A stretch of 64,000 nucleotides of DNA from a virus. The stretch is from IMG/VR virus record IMGVR_UViG_3300035703_000082, positions 496 to 64,495 of that record; one strand, written 5' to 3'. Below, piece after piece: positions 28,991-37,267 of the stretch. Within the stretch, counting starts at the first letter, position 1. Each line of letters starts with the position of its first letter. The position numbers were made by a program, and so were the translations under genes. The notes beneath the pieces were generated by a model. It ran no database searches. It worked only from the letters and a program-made list of their open reading frames with translations, and was not told the origin of the DNA.

Positions 28991-29323
28991 TCAGCAGGCT
29001 TTGCCGCCGTACGCCATCTTCTTGGGCTTGCCGCCCTTGCGCAGGCCGTACTCGGCCTTCTCCTTGGCGATCATAGCCTTGGGCGCACCCTTGGCCTTCA
29101 TGAACGCGACCTCGGCCTTGCCGTGAGCCTTGTCCGCAGGCTTCTTGGCTTCCTTCTTCATGAACGGGGGGAGGGGCTTCTTCACGGGGGACTCCTTGAC
29201 GGCACCGCCGTCGTTATGGGCCTTCGGCCCGACGAACTTCTTCGCTACGCTCGCTGGGACATCGGTCTTGCCCGCAAGCGAGGCGTACATGAAACGCCTC
29301 TGGCGTTCGGACTTAATCGGCAT
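28991..29323 (-). CDS. Small Lys-rich late protein
   Basis: 110 aa; MPIKSERQRRFM.A; three xxGG motifs. Confidence 0.65.
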   Translation of the reverse strand: MPIKSERQRRFMYASLAGKTDVPASVAKKFVGPKAHNDGGAVKESPVKKPLPPFMKKEAKKPADKAHGKAEVAFMKAKGAPKAMIAKEKAEYGLRKGGKPKKMAYGGKAC

Positions 29324-29516
29324 GGGACTTACTCTTCAGTCCCAACAACACCGAGATTTCTTTCCCGGTAATCATCTCAATGATCCGCAGTCCTGTCCAG
29401 ATGATCGTGAACAACGCAGCCACAGCAGGAAGTACCTGCATCAAGGTGCCGACAACAGTCATCACCGACAGCCCATCGGCCACTGTCTTGACGGTATCAA
29501 CGTGCTCTTGTTTCAT
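29313..29516 (-). CDS. Small membrane protein (holin-like)
   Basis: 67 aa with a central hydrophobic helix or helices. Confidence 0.55.
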   Translation of the reverse strand: MKQEHVDTVKTVADGLSVMTVVGTLMQVLPAVAALFTIIWTGLRIIEMITGKEISVLLGLKSKSHAD

Positions 29517-29517
29517 C

Positions 29518-29787
29518 TCAGCAGTTCCACGCTTTGAGTGACTTGTTGATGCGGGAGTTCGGGTCTTTTGCTGTCTTCTCGCTTGTCAGCTTTGCCTTCA
29601 TCCCTTTCATCCTCGAACAGAATGACTCCCGTCGGGCCGCATCTTTCTCGGTCTTCGGATTTGGAGCCGGAGGCTTCAACCCCGGCTTACCCGGGTTAGC
29701 GGCGTTATATGACGCCCGCCCCTTAGCGTTGAGTCCCCCTTTTGGGTTCTTGCCTTCCTTGCGGGTCCAAGCGGGGGTCTTAGCCAT
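29518..29787 (-). CDS. Small basic protein (DUF6321-like)
   Basis: EGKNPKGGLNAKGRASY...RRESFCSRM.G...DPNSRINKSLKAWNC. Confidence 0.7.
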   Translation of the reverse strand: MAKTPAWTRKEGKNPKGGLNAKGRASYNAANPGKPGLKPPAPNPKTEKDAARRESFCSRMKGMKAKLTSEKTAKDPNSRINKSLKAWNC

Positions 29788-30061
29788 ACATTACCGTGGC
29801 AGTTGTGCCGGTGCCGGTGGTGGCATAGATACCTGTCTGGGCCAGAATGCCCTCGCCAGGAAACAGCATGTACAAAGAGGCTGCCGCCGCTGCGGGCGTG
29901 AAAGAAAACAGCGTTGGCCCGCCATTGCCGTCAGTGATGGTCAACGCACCCGCGCTGGCGGTGAATGTCATGGCAATGGCTTTGATGCGCGTGCGATAGG
30001 TCGTAATTGACGCGCTCGTGGCTGCGCCAACTGAACCTGCACTGACGTCAGTTTGCATCAT
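29780..30061 (-). CDS. Small virion protein
   Basis: 93 aa beta-rich; MQTDV start. Confidence 0.6.
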   Translation of the reverse strand: MMQTDVSAGSVGAATSASITTYRTRIKAIAMTFTASAGALTITDGNGGPTLFSFTPAAAAASLYMLFPGEGILAQTGIYATTGTGTTATVMYG

Positions 30062-30076
30062 ATGGAACTCCGGTGG

Positions 30077-30098
30077 AAAAACGCCCCCGAAGGGGCGT
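30077..30098 (-). terminator. Intrinsic terminator
   Basis: On the minus strand, stem acgcccc/ggggcgt with a UUCG loop, then U5. Confidence 0.75.
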
Positions 30099-30103
30099 CA
30101 GGA

Positions 30104-30562
30104 TCAAACCTGCGACGGGTTCGCAGAACCGTCGTCGGCACGCACCACGTAGTTGATGATGATCGTCGCCGCGCCCGTGGTCAGGCCCGCACCGGCCAGC
30201 GTGTAGGTCACGATGGCGTCGGTCGCACCGACGTTGAGCCAGCCGCCCGGGGTCGTCGCGTTCGCGGTCAGAGCCACACCGCCCACGTTGGTCACCGTGC
30301 CGTTGGTCGTGAAGTCCACACCACCGATGCTCAGCTTGCAGGTCGTCGCCGCGCTGAAGACCGTCGTGGTCACGACGTTGACCGAAGTCACCTGAGCGCC
30401 TGCAGGCAGGACGAAGGCCGTGCCCGTCAAGGTGCCGAACACCACGTTGGCGGATTGGGAGACCACCGTGGCCCCCATGTTGCGGATCGTGCCCGCCGTC
30501 GTGCCGGTCGTGTTCTTGACGGTGCCCAGCAGCCAGGGGCCGAGATGTGAAGCGAATCCCAT
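30104..30562 (-). CDS. Capsid-associated/decoration-like protein
   Basis: 152 aa T/A/G/V-rich; immediately downstream of the major capsid gene. Confidence 0.55.
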   Translation of the reverse strand: MGFASHLGPWLLGTVKNTTGTTAGTIRNMGATVVSQSANVVFGTLTGTAFVLPAGAQVTSVNVVTTTVFSAATTCKLSIGGVDFTTNGTVTNVGGVALTANATTPGGWLNVGATDAIVTYTLAGAGLTTGAATIIINYVVRADDGSANPSQV

Positions 30563-30664
30563 GATGGTTCCTCAGATGCCCCTACCGTCTTGAGGACGAG
30601 TCCGCCGAGTCGGTCGGTAGGGAAGTTGGTCTCGGGTTGGCCCGAGCCTAGCACACTCAGCCCC

Positions 30665-30691
30665 AAAAGAAAAGGCCCCCGAAGGGGCCTT
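30665..30691 (-). terminator. Intrinsic terminator after the major capsid gene
   Basis: On the minus strand, stem aaggcccc/ggggcctt with a UUCG loop, then UUUCUUUU. Confidence 0.8.
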
Positions 30692-30709
30692 GAGTCACGC
30701 CAGGATTGC

Positions 30710-31621
30710 TCAGCTTGCGCCGGGGGAGCCGAACATCCCCAAGGGATCAGAACACCCGAAGCTGTAGCGCTCGCGGGCCTTGTACCGGCTGTTGCCGGTG
30801 TCGAAGTCCGCGTCCATCGAGGTCGCCAGGGGCACACGCACGAAGTGCTTCAGCCCGTTGGGGACATCGGTCTTCAGGAACCACGCGTTGGTGTCGGTCA
30901 GGAAGTGGTTGACCGTGTAGCCCTCGGGGATCGAGCCGTTGTTCTTCAGCGCGTTGATGTCGTTGTCGGTCGTGCCCACACGGAGATTGGTCTCCAGCAG
31001 ACGGGTCGCAACGAACATCAGGGCCGGAGGAACGATCAGCTTCCGAGGCTTGGCAGCGATCAGCAGGCCGCGCTCGTCCGTCCACGCAGCGATCTGGATG
31101 ACCGCGTTCTCCAGGGAGGTTTCATTCAGGTCCGAGGCAACCGTGGGGCGGTTGCTGTTGGTGCCGCCAGAAACCAGCGGGTGAGCCGTCGAGAACAGCG
31201 GCTGGCCGTCACCGAAGGTGAAAGCCGCGTTGAAGCCGTTGTTCAGGATGGACGCCGCCTTGACCTGCTTGGTGTAGGACATCGCCCGGGCCAGAGCCTT
31301 GGTGTACCGCGCCGACAGGCTGTCGTACAGGTTGTCTTCCATCGCCTCTTCGGTGATGGAGAAGCCCATTGCGATGGTCTCGTGGTTGTAACGAGCGGTC
31401 CAGGCTTCCTGCGCATTGTCGTACGCGATGGCTTGGCCTTCGTTCTTCACCGGAGCGGCGCTGAAGCCGGAGAGCTTGGTCTCCTCTTCAAACGAGCGGT
31501 CGGAGGTCTCCGTTTCGTAGATCTCCTTGTGCTCCTCGCCGTAGCGCTTGTACTCCAGACCGAACAGGGCGTTGAGTCCAGGGAGAAGCTCCTTGAGGAG
31601 CTGTGCACGAGAAATTGCCAT
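30710..31621 (-). CDS. Major capsid protein (HK97 fold inferred; Mu gpT-like family)
   Basis: 303 aa, MAISRAQLLKELLPGLNALFGLEY; strongly biased codons; follows the scaffold genes and precedes a terminator. Confidence 0.85.
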   Translation of the reverse strand: MAISRAQLLKELLPGLNALFGLEYKRYGEEHKEIYETETSDRSFEEETKLSGFSAAPVKNEGQAIAYDNAQEAWTARYNHETIAMGFSITEEAMEDNLYDSLSARYTKALARAMSYTKQVKAASILNNGFNAAFTFGDGQPLFSTAHPLVSGGTNSNRPTVASDLNETSLENAVIQIAAWTDERGLLIAAKPRKLIVPPALMFVATRLLETNLRVGTTDNDINALKNNGSIPEGYTVNHFLTDTNAWFLKTDVPNGLKHFVRVPLATSMDADFDTGNSRYKARERYSFGCSDPLGMFGSPGAS

Positions 31622-31633
31622 GATTCAGACTCC

Positions 31634-32560
31634 TTAGACGCCAGCGGCGATCAGGTACGAGTGGTAGCCGAAGTTCCAGCCGACGATCACCTCGGGGTAG
31701 CCGATGAAGCTGACCGAGGTACCGCTGGAGGCCGTGACGCTGGCGCTGACCGTGATAGTGTTGGTGCTGGTGACCACACCCGTGACCGTCAGGTTGCTGC
31801 CCGGGGAACCCGCCGTGGTGCCACTGATACCGTCGATGACGCACTGCATGCCCGGAACGATGCCCGTGGTGGACGGGACCGTGAAGGTCGTCGCGCCCGA
31901 GGGGGACGAGGACAGCGCAGTAGCCACCGTGACGGCGGTCTCAGGTACCAGTTGGATCACGCGCAGGCAGGGCGAAGTGCCCGCACCGGTACCGACCGTC
32001 TGGCGGATGTTGCCAGCCACCGACGAAGCCACCGTGGGGTTGCCACCCGAGACACCGGCCAGCGAGTTGCCAGTTGCCGTCGAGCCGCCGTTGCCGGCGA
32101 TCAGGAAGGCGTTGGTGCCGAGGAACGACGGCGACATGTAACCGATGGTCGTGCCGGTGTTCAGTTGGGTGTTGGCGCTGCCTTGCGGTTGCGCGATCAC
32201 CGCTGCCTTGAACAGGGCGTTCGGGTCGTCCAGCACGTAGGCCACCGCGTTGGGGGCGTTGGTGCTTGCCGGGTAGTACTGCTGACGCAGCTTGCCGTAG
32301 ATCGGGCCGGCCCCCGTGCTGTATTCACAGCCGAGGAAGACGCCGACGATGTCACCAGCCGCAGCGGCAGACTGCGTGTCCGCGTTGTAGGGCGTGATGA
32401 TGGCGTTGCCGTTGGACAGACCGACCACATCCCCATTGAAGATGTTGGTGGCGTAGCCTTGGCCGATGGGGATCATCCGGGTGGAACCCGCGAACGGGAT
32501 ACCGCCCTTCAGATTGACCGGAACAAGGCCGTAGGGCTTGTCAATCGAGGGGTAGGACAT
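31634..32560 (-). CDS. Capsid-associated protein
   Basis: 308 aa between scaffold and MCP; strongly biased codons. Confidence 0.6.
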   Translation of the reverse strand: MSYPSIDKPYGLVPVNLKGGIPFAGSTRMIPIGQGYATNIFNGDVVGLSNGNAIITPYNADTQSAAAAGDIVGVFLGCEYSTGAGPIYGKLRQQYYPASTNAPNAVAYVLDDPNALFKAAVIAQPQGSANTQLNTGTTIGYMSPSFLGTNAFLIAGNGGSTATGNSLAGVSGGNPTVASSVAGNIRQTVGTGAGTSPCLRVIQLVPETAVTVATALSSSPSGATTFTVPSTTGIVPGMQCVIDGISGTTAGSPGSNLTVTGVVTSTNTITVSASVTASSGTSVSFIGYPEVIVGWNFGYHSYLIAAGV

Positions 32561-32569
32561 TTATAACTC

Positions 32570-33022
32570 CTAGTTTGCTGCACCGCGTCCGAATTTCACC
32601 TCGGTGCTGCGTTCACGGAACAGCGGCATCCGACGATCATTCTCGCGCATGAACGAATTGTCCACCGACTGCATCTGCCCGTCTGCCATCTTCTGGAAGT
32701 GAGCGTTGCGTTGTTGGACAAACTCCTTGGGGGTTTTGCAAAGCATGAGACCACCCACCTCGATGCAGTCCGGGAAGCGAGCGTTGCTGCTGCCCATGTG
32801 CATGATCTCGGGGTGTTCGGATGCCTTGACGGGCTCCCAGCCCTCGCGGAGCTTCGAGGTTACATTGGTCGGGTCATTCTGACCCAGCGTACTGATGCGA
32901 ATCCAACGGAATTCGTAGCCTTCCTCCGGGTTGGGAGAGGGCAGAAGCTCCGGCAGCATCCACTGCTTCGGACGCTCGGAACGAGCGCGAGTGTCCAGTT
33001 CACGGGGGGTTCGTTCAGCCAT
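32570..33022 (-). CDS. Head assembly-associated protein
   Basis: 150 aa; GYEFRWIR...EGWEPV...VGGLMLCK. Confidence 0.65.
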   Translation of the reverse strand: MAERTPRELDTRARSERPKQWMLPELLPSPNPEEGYEFRWIRISTLGQNDPTNVTSKLREGWEPVKASEHPEIMHMGSSNARFPDCIEVGGLMLCKTPKEFVQQRNAHFQKMADGQMQSVDNSFMRENDRRMPLFRERSTEVKFGRGAAN

Positions 33023-33956
33023 TTTGTTTCCTCATCTGCTCCGCCACAGCTTGTGCGTACTGCTGAGGGGTGAGCCCCAGCCTCTTTGCCAGAGAAACCG
33101 CCGATTGCGTCAGCACGATCTTTTTGGGCGCGGTGCTGCGCGTTGCCGGGGCCACCACCGACTGCTTCGCTGGTTTCTTCTCCGAGGGAAACGCGCTCGG
33201 GAAGGTCTCGCGTAGCTGGTCATCGATCCGCCGGAAGTAGTCTTCGCTTCCGGGAGGCACACCCTCTGCGGCGAGTTCCTCGTGCAGAGCCATCGCGTAC
33301 GCCGTCATCCGCTTGTTGCCTGAACCGAACCAGGGATTGGCTTCAAGCCACGCACGGGTTCTGGGGTCCAGTTGCGGCTGCGGCGGCTGTGCCGAAGGCT
33401 GCGAGGCAGTTTGTACCTCATCTTGCGGCGGTTGTAAAGGGGCCGGCTTGAAGTTGCTCACCCGCTCCAGCTTGAACTTGGCCGCAGCAAGTGCTTCTTG
33501 GGCCTCCACGATGGCGTCGGTATCGAACGCCTCGTGTGCTTCCTTGAGCTTGCGCTTGGCCTCGTCCAGCTCCGACTGCGCAACCTTCTTGGCCTGCTCG
33601 ACCAGCACTTGTTGGCCCTGACCCACAGTGCCTTGGAGCTTCTTGTTCTCGTTGAGCAAGGACTGCACCAGCTTTGCGGCCTCGTCACGCTCGCGTTGGG
33701 CCGCTTCCTTGGCTCGCCGCTCTTCGTGGTAGCCCTTGGAGAGGTGCTGGATGCGCTTGCGCACCCCGTCACCGTACTGCTCCAGCTCTTCGTCCGTCAC
33801 CTCCGCCGGAGGCTCCTTCATCGGCGTGCGGCCACGGTCTTCCGGCGGCGTGTCGTCGACGATTTCGACCTCGGTCTCGCCTTCTACGGAGAAATCCACC
33901 TCTGCGGCGTCTTTCTTCTCGGCAACAACCTCGTCGGGGAACTTGAATTCATCCAT
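33015..33956 (-). CDS. Capsid scaffolding protein (putative)
   Basis: 313 aa; acidic N-terminus, long coiled coil, C-terminal helix (AKRLGLTPQQYA); located between portal and MCP. Confidence 0.7.
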   Translation of the reverse strand: MDEFKFPDEVVAEKKDAAEVDFSVEGETEVEIVDDTPPEDRGRTPMKEPPAEVTDEELEQYGDGVRKRIQHLSKGYHEERRAKEAAQRERDEAAKLVQSLLNENKKLQGTVGQGQQVLVEQAKKVAQSELDEAKRKLKEAHEAFDTDAIVEAQEALAAAKFKLERVSNFKPAPLQPPQDEVQTASQPSAQPPQPQLDPRTRAWLEANPWFGSGNKRMTAYAMALHEELAAEGVPPGSEDYFRRIDDQLRETFPSAFPSEKKPAKQSVVAPATRSTAPKKIVLTQSAVSLAKRLGLTPQQYAQAVAEQMRKQNG

Positions 33957-34179
33957 ATTTGCTCCTTAGCAGCTCAACTTCTGCTTTAAGTGCTTGATTC
34001 GTACTTTCCAAATGGTGAAAGTAAGTGTTTTGTTCGTAAGAACGGGCCTTCAGTACGCGCTCCATGTTCTCGAAGCGATTCGCCAATGCACGGAGTTGTT
34101 CCGCAATCTGCGTCATTTCGTACCAAAAGAAGTCGTCCGTTACGCCCAAGAACTCATTTTCTTTAGGCTCGGGCGTCAT
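33949..34179 (-). CDS. Small coiled-coil protein
   Basis: Start MTPEPKENEF at 34179 overlaps the GroES stop (ATGA). Confidence 0.5.
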   Translation of the reverse strand: MTPEPKENEFLGVTDDFFWYEMTQIAEQLRALANRFENMERVLKARSYEQNTYFHHLESTNQALKAEVELLRSKYG

Positions 34180-34580
34180 GCGCGTTTGATCCCTCTCGGA
34201 TCTTGCACGACTGCTTCGACACTGTCGTCGTTGATGATTCGCCACTCCGTTCCGTGGATTTTCAGCCGCGTACCTGTGTTCGGACGCACCAGAATAAAGT
34301 CACCGACCTTGCAAGACGGCCCGGAAGGGAACCGCAGCGGGTCTCGGTAGGCATCTGGGCCCATTTTTGCCACGAAAAGCACCGGGGACAGCACTTCTTC
34401 GTAGTGCATGGTCTGCCCAGCCTTGACAAGACCGCTCTCGTACTCCTCTTCAGCCTTTGGAACAAGGCACAGGAGGTGGTACGTCACGGGATCAGGCACT
34501 TGTCGCGCCTTTTCCGCGTCAGTTTCAGGCAATACTGACGTACCGCCGTCTGCATCCGCAAGGAGCAGCTCACTCATCAT
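34176..34580 (-). CDS. groES: Co-chaperonin GroES (Cpn10)-like protein
   Basis: P...HLL, ESGL mobile-loop-like segment, V.KMGP.AY, KVGD.ILV...G....G.EWRIINDD.V.AVV. Confidence 0.8.
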   Translation of the reverse strand: MMSELLLADADGGTSVLPETDAEKARQVPDPVTYHLLCLVPKAEEEYESGLVKAGQTMHYEEVLSPVLFVAKMGPDAYRDPLRFPSGPSCKVGDFILVRPNTGTRLKIHGTEWRIINDDSVEAVVQDPRGIKRA

Positions 34581-34764
34581 CGTTCTCCAGTCTACGCACG
34601 AGGTCGGTTAACAGGGAATGTGCGTGCGAAAGACCCCGGATTTCGCCCGACATGAACTTGTACTCGGAAAAGTCGCGTGCGCAACCTGTTCCAAGCGCTT
34701 CGGACAGCACCGTGCGGCGCTGTTCCAACTCTCTCAACACCGCAGTCAGTGCGTTATCGGCCAT
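34570..34764 (-). CDS. Small helical protein
   Basis: 64 aa; DFSEYK...GEIRGL; follows the portal gene. Confidence 0.65.
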   Translation of the reverse strand: MADNALTAVLRELEQRRTVLSEALGTGCARDFSEYKFMSGEIRGLSHAHSLLTDLVRRLENDDE

Positions 34765-37257
34765 TTACTGCTCCTTTTTGGGTTTGGCGGGTTGCGCGGC
34801 GCGCTGCTCAGCCTGCTGGCGCAACTTCATCCGGTGCGTCTGCTCTTTGTGGATCATGTCCTGCCGCGCCCGGGCCTGTTTCTGTGCCAGCTCCTGCTGC
34901 CCTCTGGCGGCAGCGAGCATCGGGTCTTCGCCCCGGTTCTTCTGGGCGTCGAGCGCAAGGCGGGCTTGCTCAAGCTGCAGCTTCTGCTGGGCAATCTGGA
35001 AGTCACGCTGGCTGTCGGCCTCCTTGCGGCGCAGTTCCTCGGCCTTCAACTGCAGCTCCGCCTGCTGCATCTGCACCGCCGGGTCTGCGGCTTGCTGCTG
35101 GGCCTGCATCTGCGCGGCCATGACTTGGTTCTGCATCATCGTGCGCTGTGCGGCTGCGGCCAGCAGCGGGGCCAGGGCCTTCTCGTCGTTGGGCGCGATG
35201 GGGGCTTCGGAGGTCTCGTCCAGGGCCGGCAGCGGGGTGCCGAGCGCCTGCTCGACCTGCGCCCGGTAGGCGAACGCCGCGTGCTCCGCGATGTGCGCCA
35301 TGAGTGCGGCCATCATCTGCTGCGCCATCGGGTTCTGGCCAATGGTTGCGGCGATCTTCGGGTCTTGCATGAACGCCTGATGGCACATCAGGTGCGCCTC
35401 GTGGTCTTGGTACGCGAACGCCTTGACGGGCTTGCCCATCAGCACGTGCATGTTCTCCGTCACCGGGTCTTGCGGCTTGCGGTCCTCGGACAGGGGCACC
35501 AGCCTGTCCGCGTTCTTGATGCCCAGCACCTCCAGCATCTGCCGGTGCAGGTAGGGCATGTCGTAGATCTGCGGAGCGCCTTGGGCAAGCTGCAGGGCCG
35601 CTTGGTACTGCACGATGCGCTGGGCCATCGTGGCGGCGTTGGGGTCGGACACCGGGATGATCTCCACGATGTCGTAGTCAGCCTGCTTGGCCCTGCGCGA
35701 GGCATTCTCGGGCTCGTAGCCGTAGTCGGGCGGGGTGTCGTCGCGAATCAGCCGCTTGAGCAGCTTGAACTCCATCCGCAGACTGGCGTGGACACGCGCC
35801 TGAACGGCGCTCATCGTCTTGAGCTGGCGCTCCAGCAGGGCCAGGGTGGTGCCCACCGGGGCCTCGGAGGACATGTCCGCGATCTTCAGGTCACCGATGG
35901 CCGCGAGCCTGCGCCCCTCGTCCGTGATGCGCTCCAGCAGCCCTGCAAGCACCTGCGACGGCTCCTTGTAGGGCAAGGGCATGATGTTGTCCCGCACCGT
36001 GCCTGAGGTCACGTCCACGTCCCTGAACTCCCCCGGCGCGATGGGGGTGTCGTCGCCTTTGATTCTCAGCCCCCGGGTCTTCAAGCCCCCGGGCAGATTG
36101 CTCAGCGTCCCGGCATCGACAAGCTGGCGGATGATCGAAGTGCCCGCCCGGGCGTAGCCGCCGATGATGTGGAAGAAGCCCAGGCCGTACGCCCCGAAGC
36201 CCGGGATGTACGTGTACTGCACGAAGTGCTGCCGCTTCTGGCGCAGCTTGTCGTTCTCGTCCCAGTTGCGGCGGATCGCCAACACCTGCTGCGAGCCCCG
36301 GTCGATGGTCACCACATACGGCAGCGCCAGCCCGTCGGGGTCCTCGTGCCCCGGCATGTCGTGGTACAGATGCACCTCCAGCAACTGATATCGCTCGTCC
36401 TCGTTGAGCGCGTAGCCTTCTTCCTCGGCCTTTTTCTTCTCCAGATCGGTGACGATATGTTGCGGCTCGCCCAGGTCGACGTCACGGTAGAACCCGCTGA
36501 GCTGCATGCGCTTGATCTCGTGCTTCGTCTTGCGCATGATGTGCGTGACGCGCTCCGCGACGTACACGTTGGCCGCGCCGTACGGGATGATCAGGTCTTC
36601 TGCCGGCACGTACGGAGCCTCTGGGTTGGGCTCATCGGGCATCTTGTAGAGCTTCTTGAACGCAGCACCGACGAGCCCCAGACTGAACAGCAGCCGCTCA
36701 TGCTCGGAGCGGTAAGACACCATCCCCTCGGTCAAGCGGTAGTTCATGTCCTGCCGCACGCGCTCTGCGGCCTCTTCCTTGTACTTGTCGACCGCACCGA
36801 TGATCTGCGTCTTCACCGGACCTTGCGCGGGGAACGTCTCGGTGATCAGTTCGGACTGGAACCTGATGGCAGCCTCGGCCAGCAGCGGGCTGTACACCCC
36901 GCACGCGCCCGACCACGGCTCGGTGCGCTCCTCGTACTTCAGCCCCAGCACCTCCAGGCCCTTGACGTAGGTGTCGACCCAATCCTTGCGGCTGTTGATG
37001 TCAGCGTCCACCAGCTCGATCAGCTCGCTGGCGAGCGCCTGCAGCGCCCCCTCGTCCATCGTCTCGGCAAGGTTCGCCTCGAAGCCTTCGTCGAGGTCGT
37101 CTTCTCCCGGGATGAGCGTGACCTCCAGGCCGTCGACACCAACTGTGACGCTGTCGGGGTTCTCGATTTCGATCTCGATGTCGGGCATCTCTGGTGCCTC
37201 GGGCTCCGGGAGCGGCGGTATGACCATGTAGAGGGGTTTGTCGATATTGGTTGCCAT
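34765..37257 (-). CDS. Portal protein (P22-like, with long C-terminal coiled-coil barrel)
   Basis: 830 aa directly after TerL; Q-rich helical C-terminus. Confidence 0.85.
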   Translation of the reverse strand: MATNIDKPLYMVIPPLPEPEAPEMPDIEIEIENPDSVTVGVDGLEVTLIPGEDDLDEGFEANLAETMDEGALQALASELIELVDADINSRKDWVDTYVKGLEVLGLKYEERTEPWSGACGVYSPLLAEAAIRFQSELITETFPAQGPVKTQIIGAVDKYKEEAAERVRQDMNYRLTEGMVSYRSEHERLLFSLGLVGAAFKKLYKMPDEPNPEAPYVPAEDLIIPYGAANVYVAERVTHIMRKTKHEIKRMQLSGFYRDVDLGEPQHIVTDLEKKKAEEEGYALNEDERYQLLEVHLYHDMPGHEDPDGLALPYVVTIDRGSQQVLAIRRNWDENDKLRQKRQHFVQYTYIPGFGAYGLGFFHIIGGYARAGTSIIRQLVDAGTLSNLPGGLKTRGLRIKGDDTPIAPGEFRDVDVTSGTVRDNIMPLPYKEPSQVLAGLLERITDEGRRLAAIGDLKIADMSSEAPVGTTLALLERQLKTMSAVQARVHASLRMEFKLLKRLIRDDTPPDYGYEPENASRRAKQADYDIVEIIPVSDPNAATMAQRIVQYQAALQLAQGAPQIYDMPYLHRQMLEVLGIKNADRLVPLSEDRKPQDPVTENMHVLMGKPVKAFAYQDHEAHLMCHQAFMQDPKIAATIGQNPMAQQMMAALMAHIAEHAAFAYRAQVEQALGTPLPALDETSEAPIAPNDEKALAPLLAAAAQRTMMQNQVMAAQMQAQQQAADPAVQMQQAELQLKAEELRRKEADSQRDFQIAQQKLQLEQARLALDAQKNRGEDPMLAAARGQQELAQKQARARQDMIHKEQTHRMKLRQQAEQRAAQPAKPKKEQ

Positions 37258-37267
37258 GTCTGGCTCC

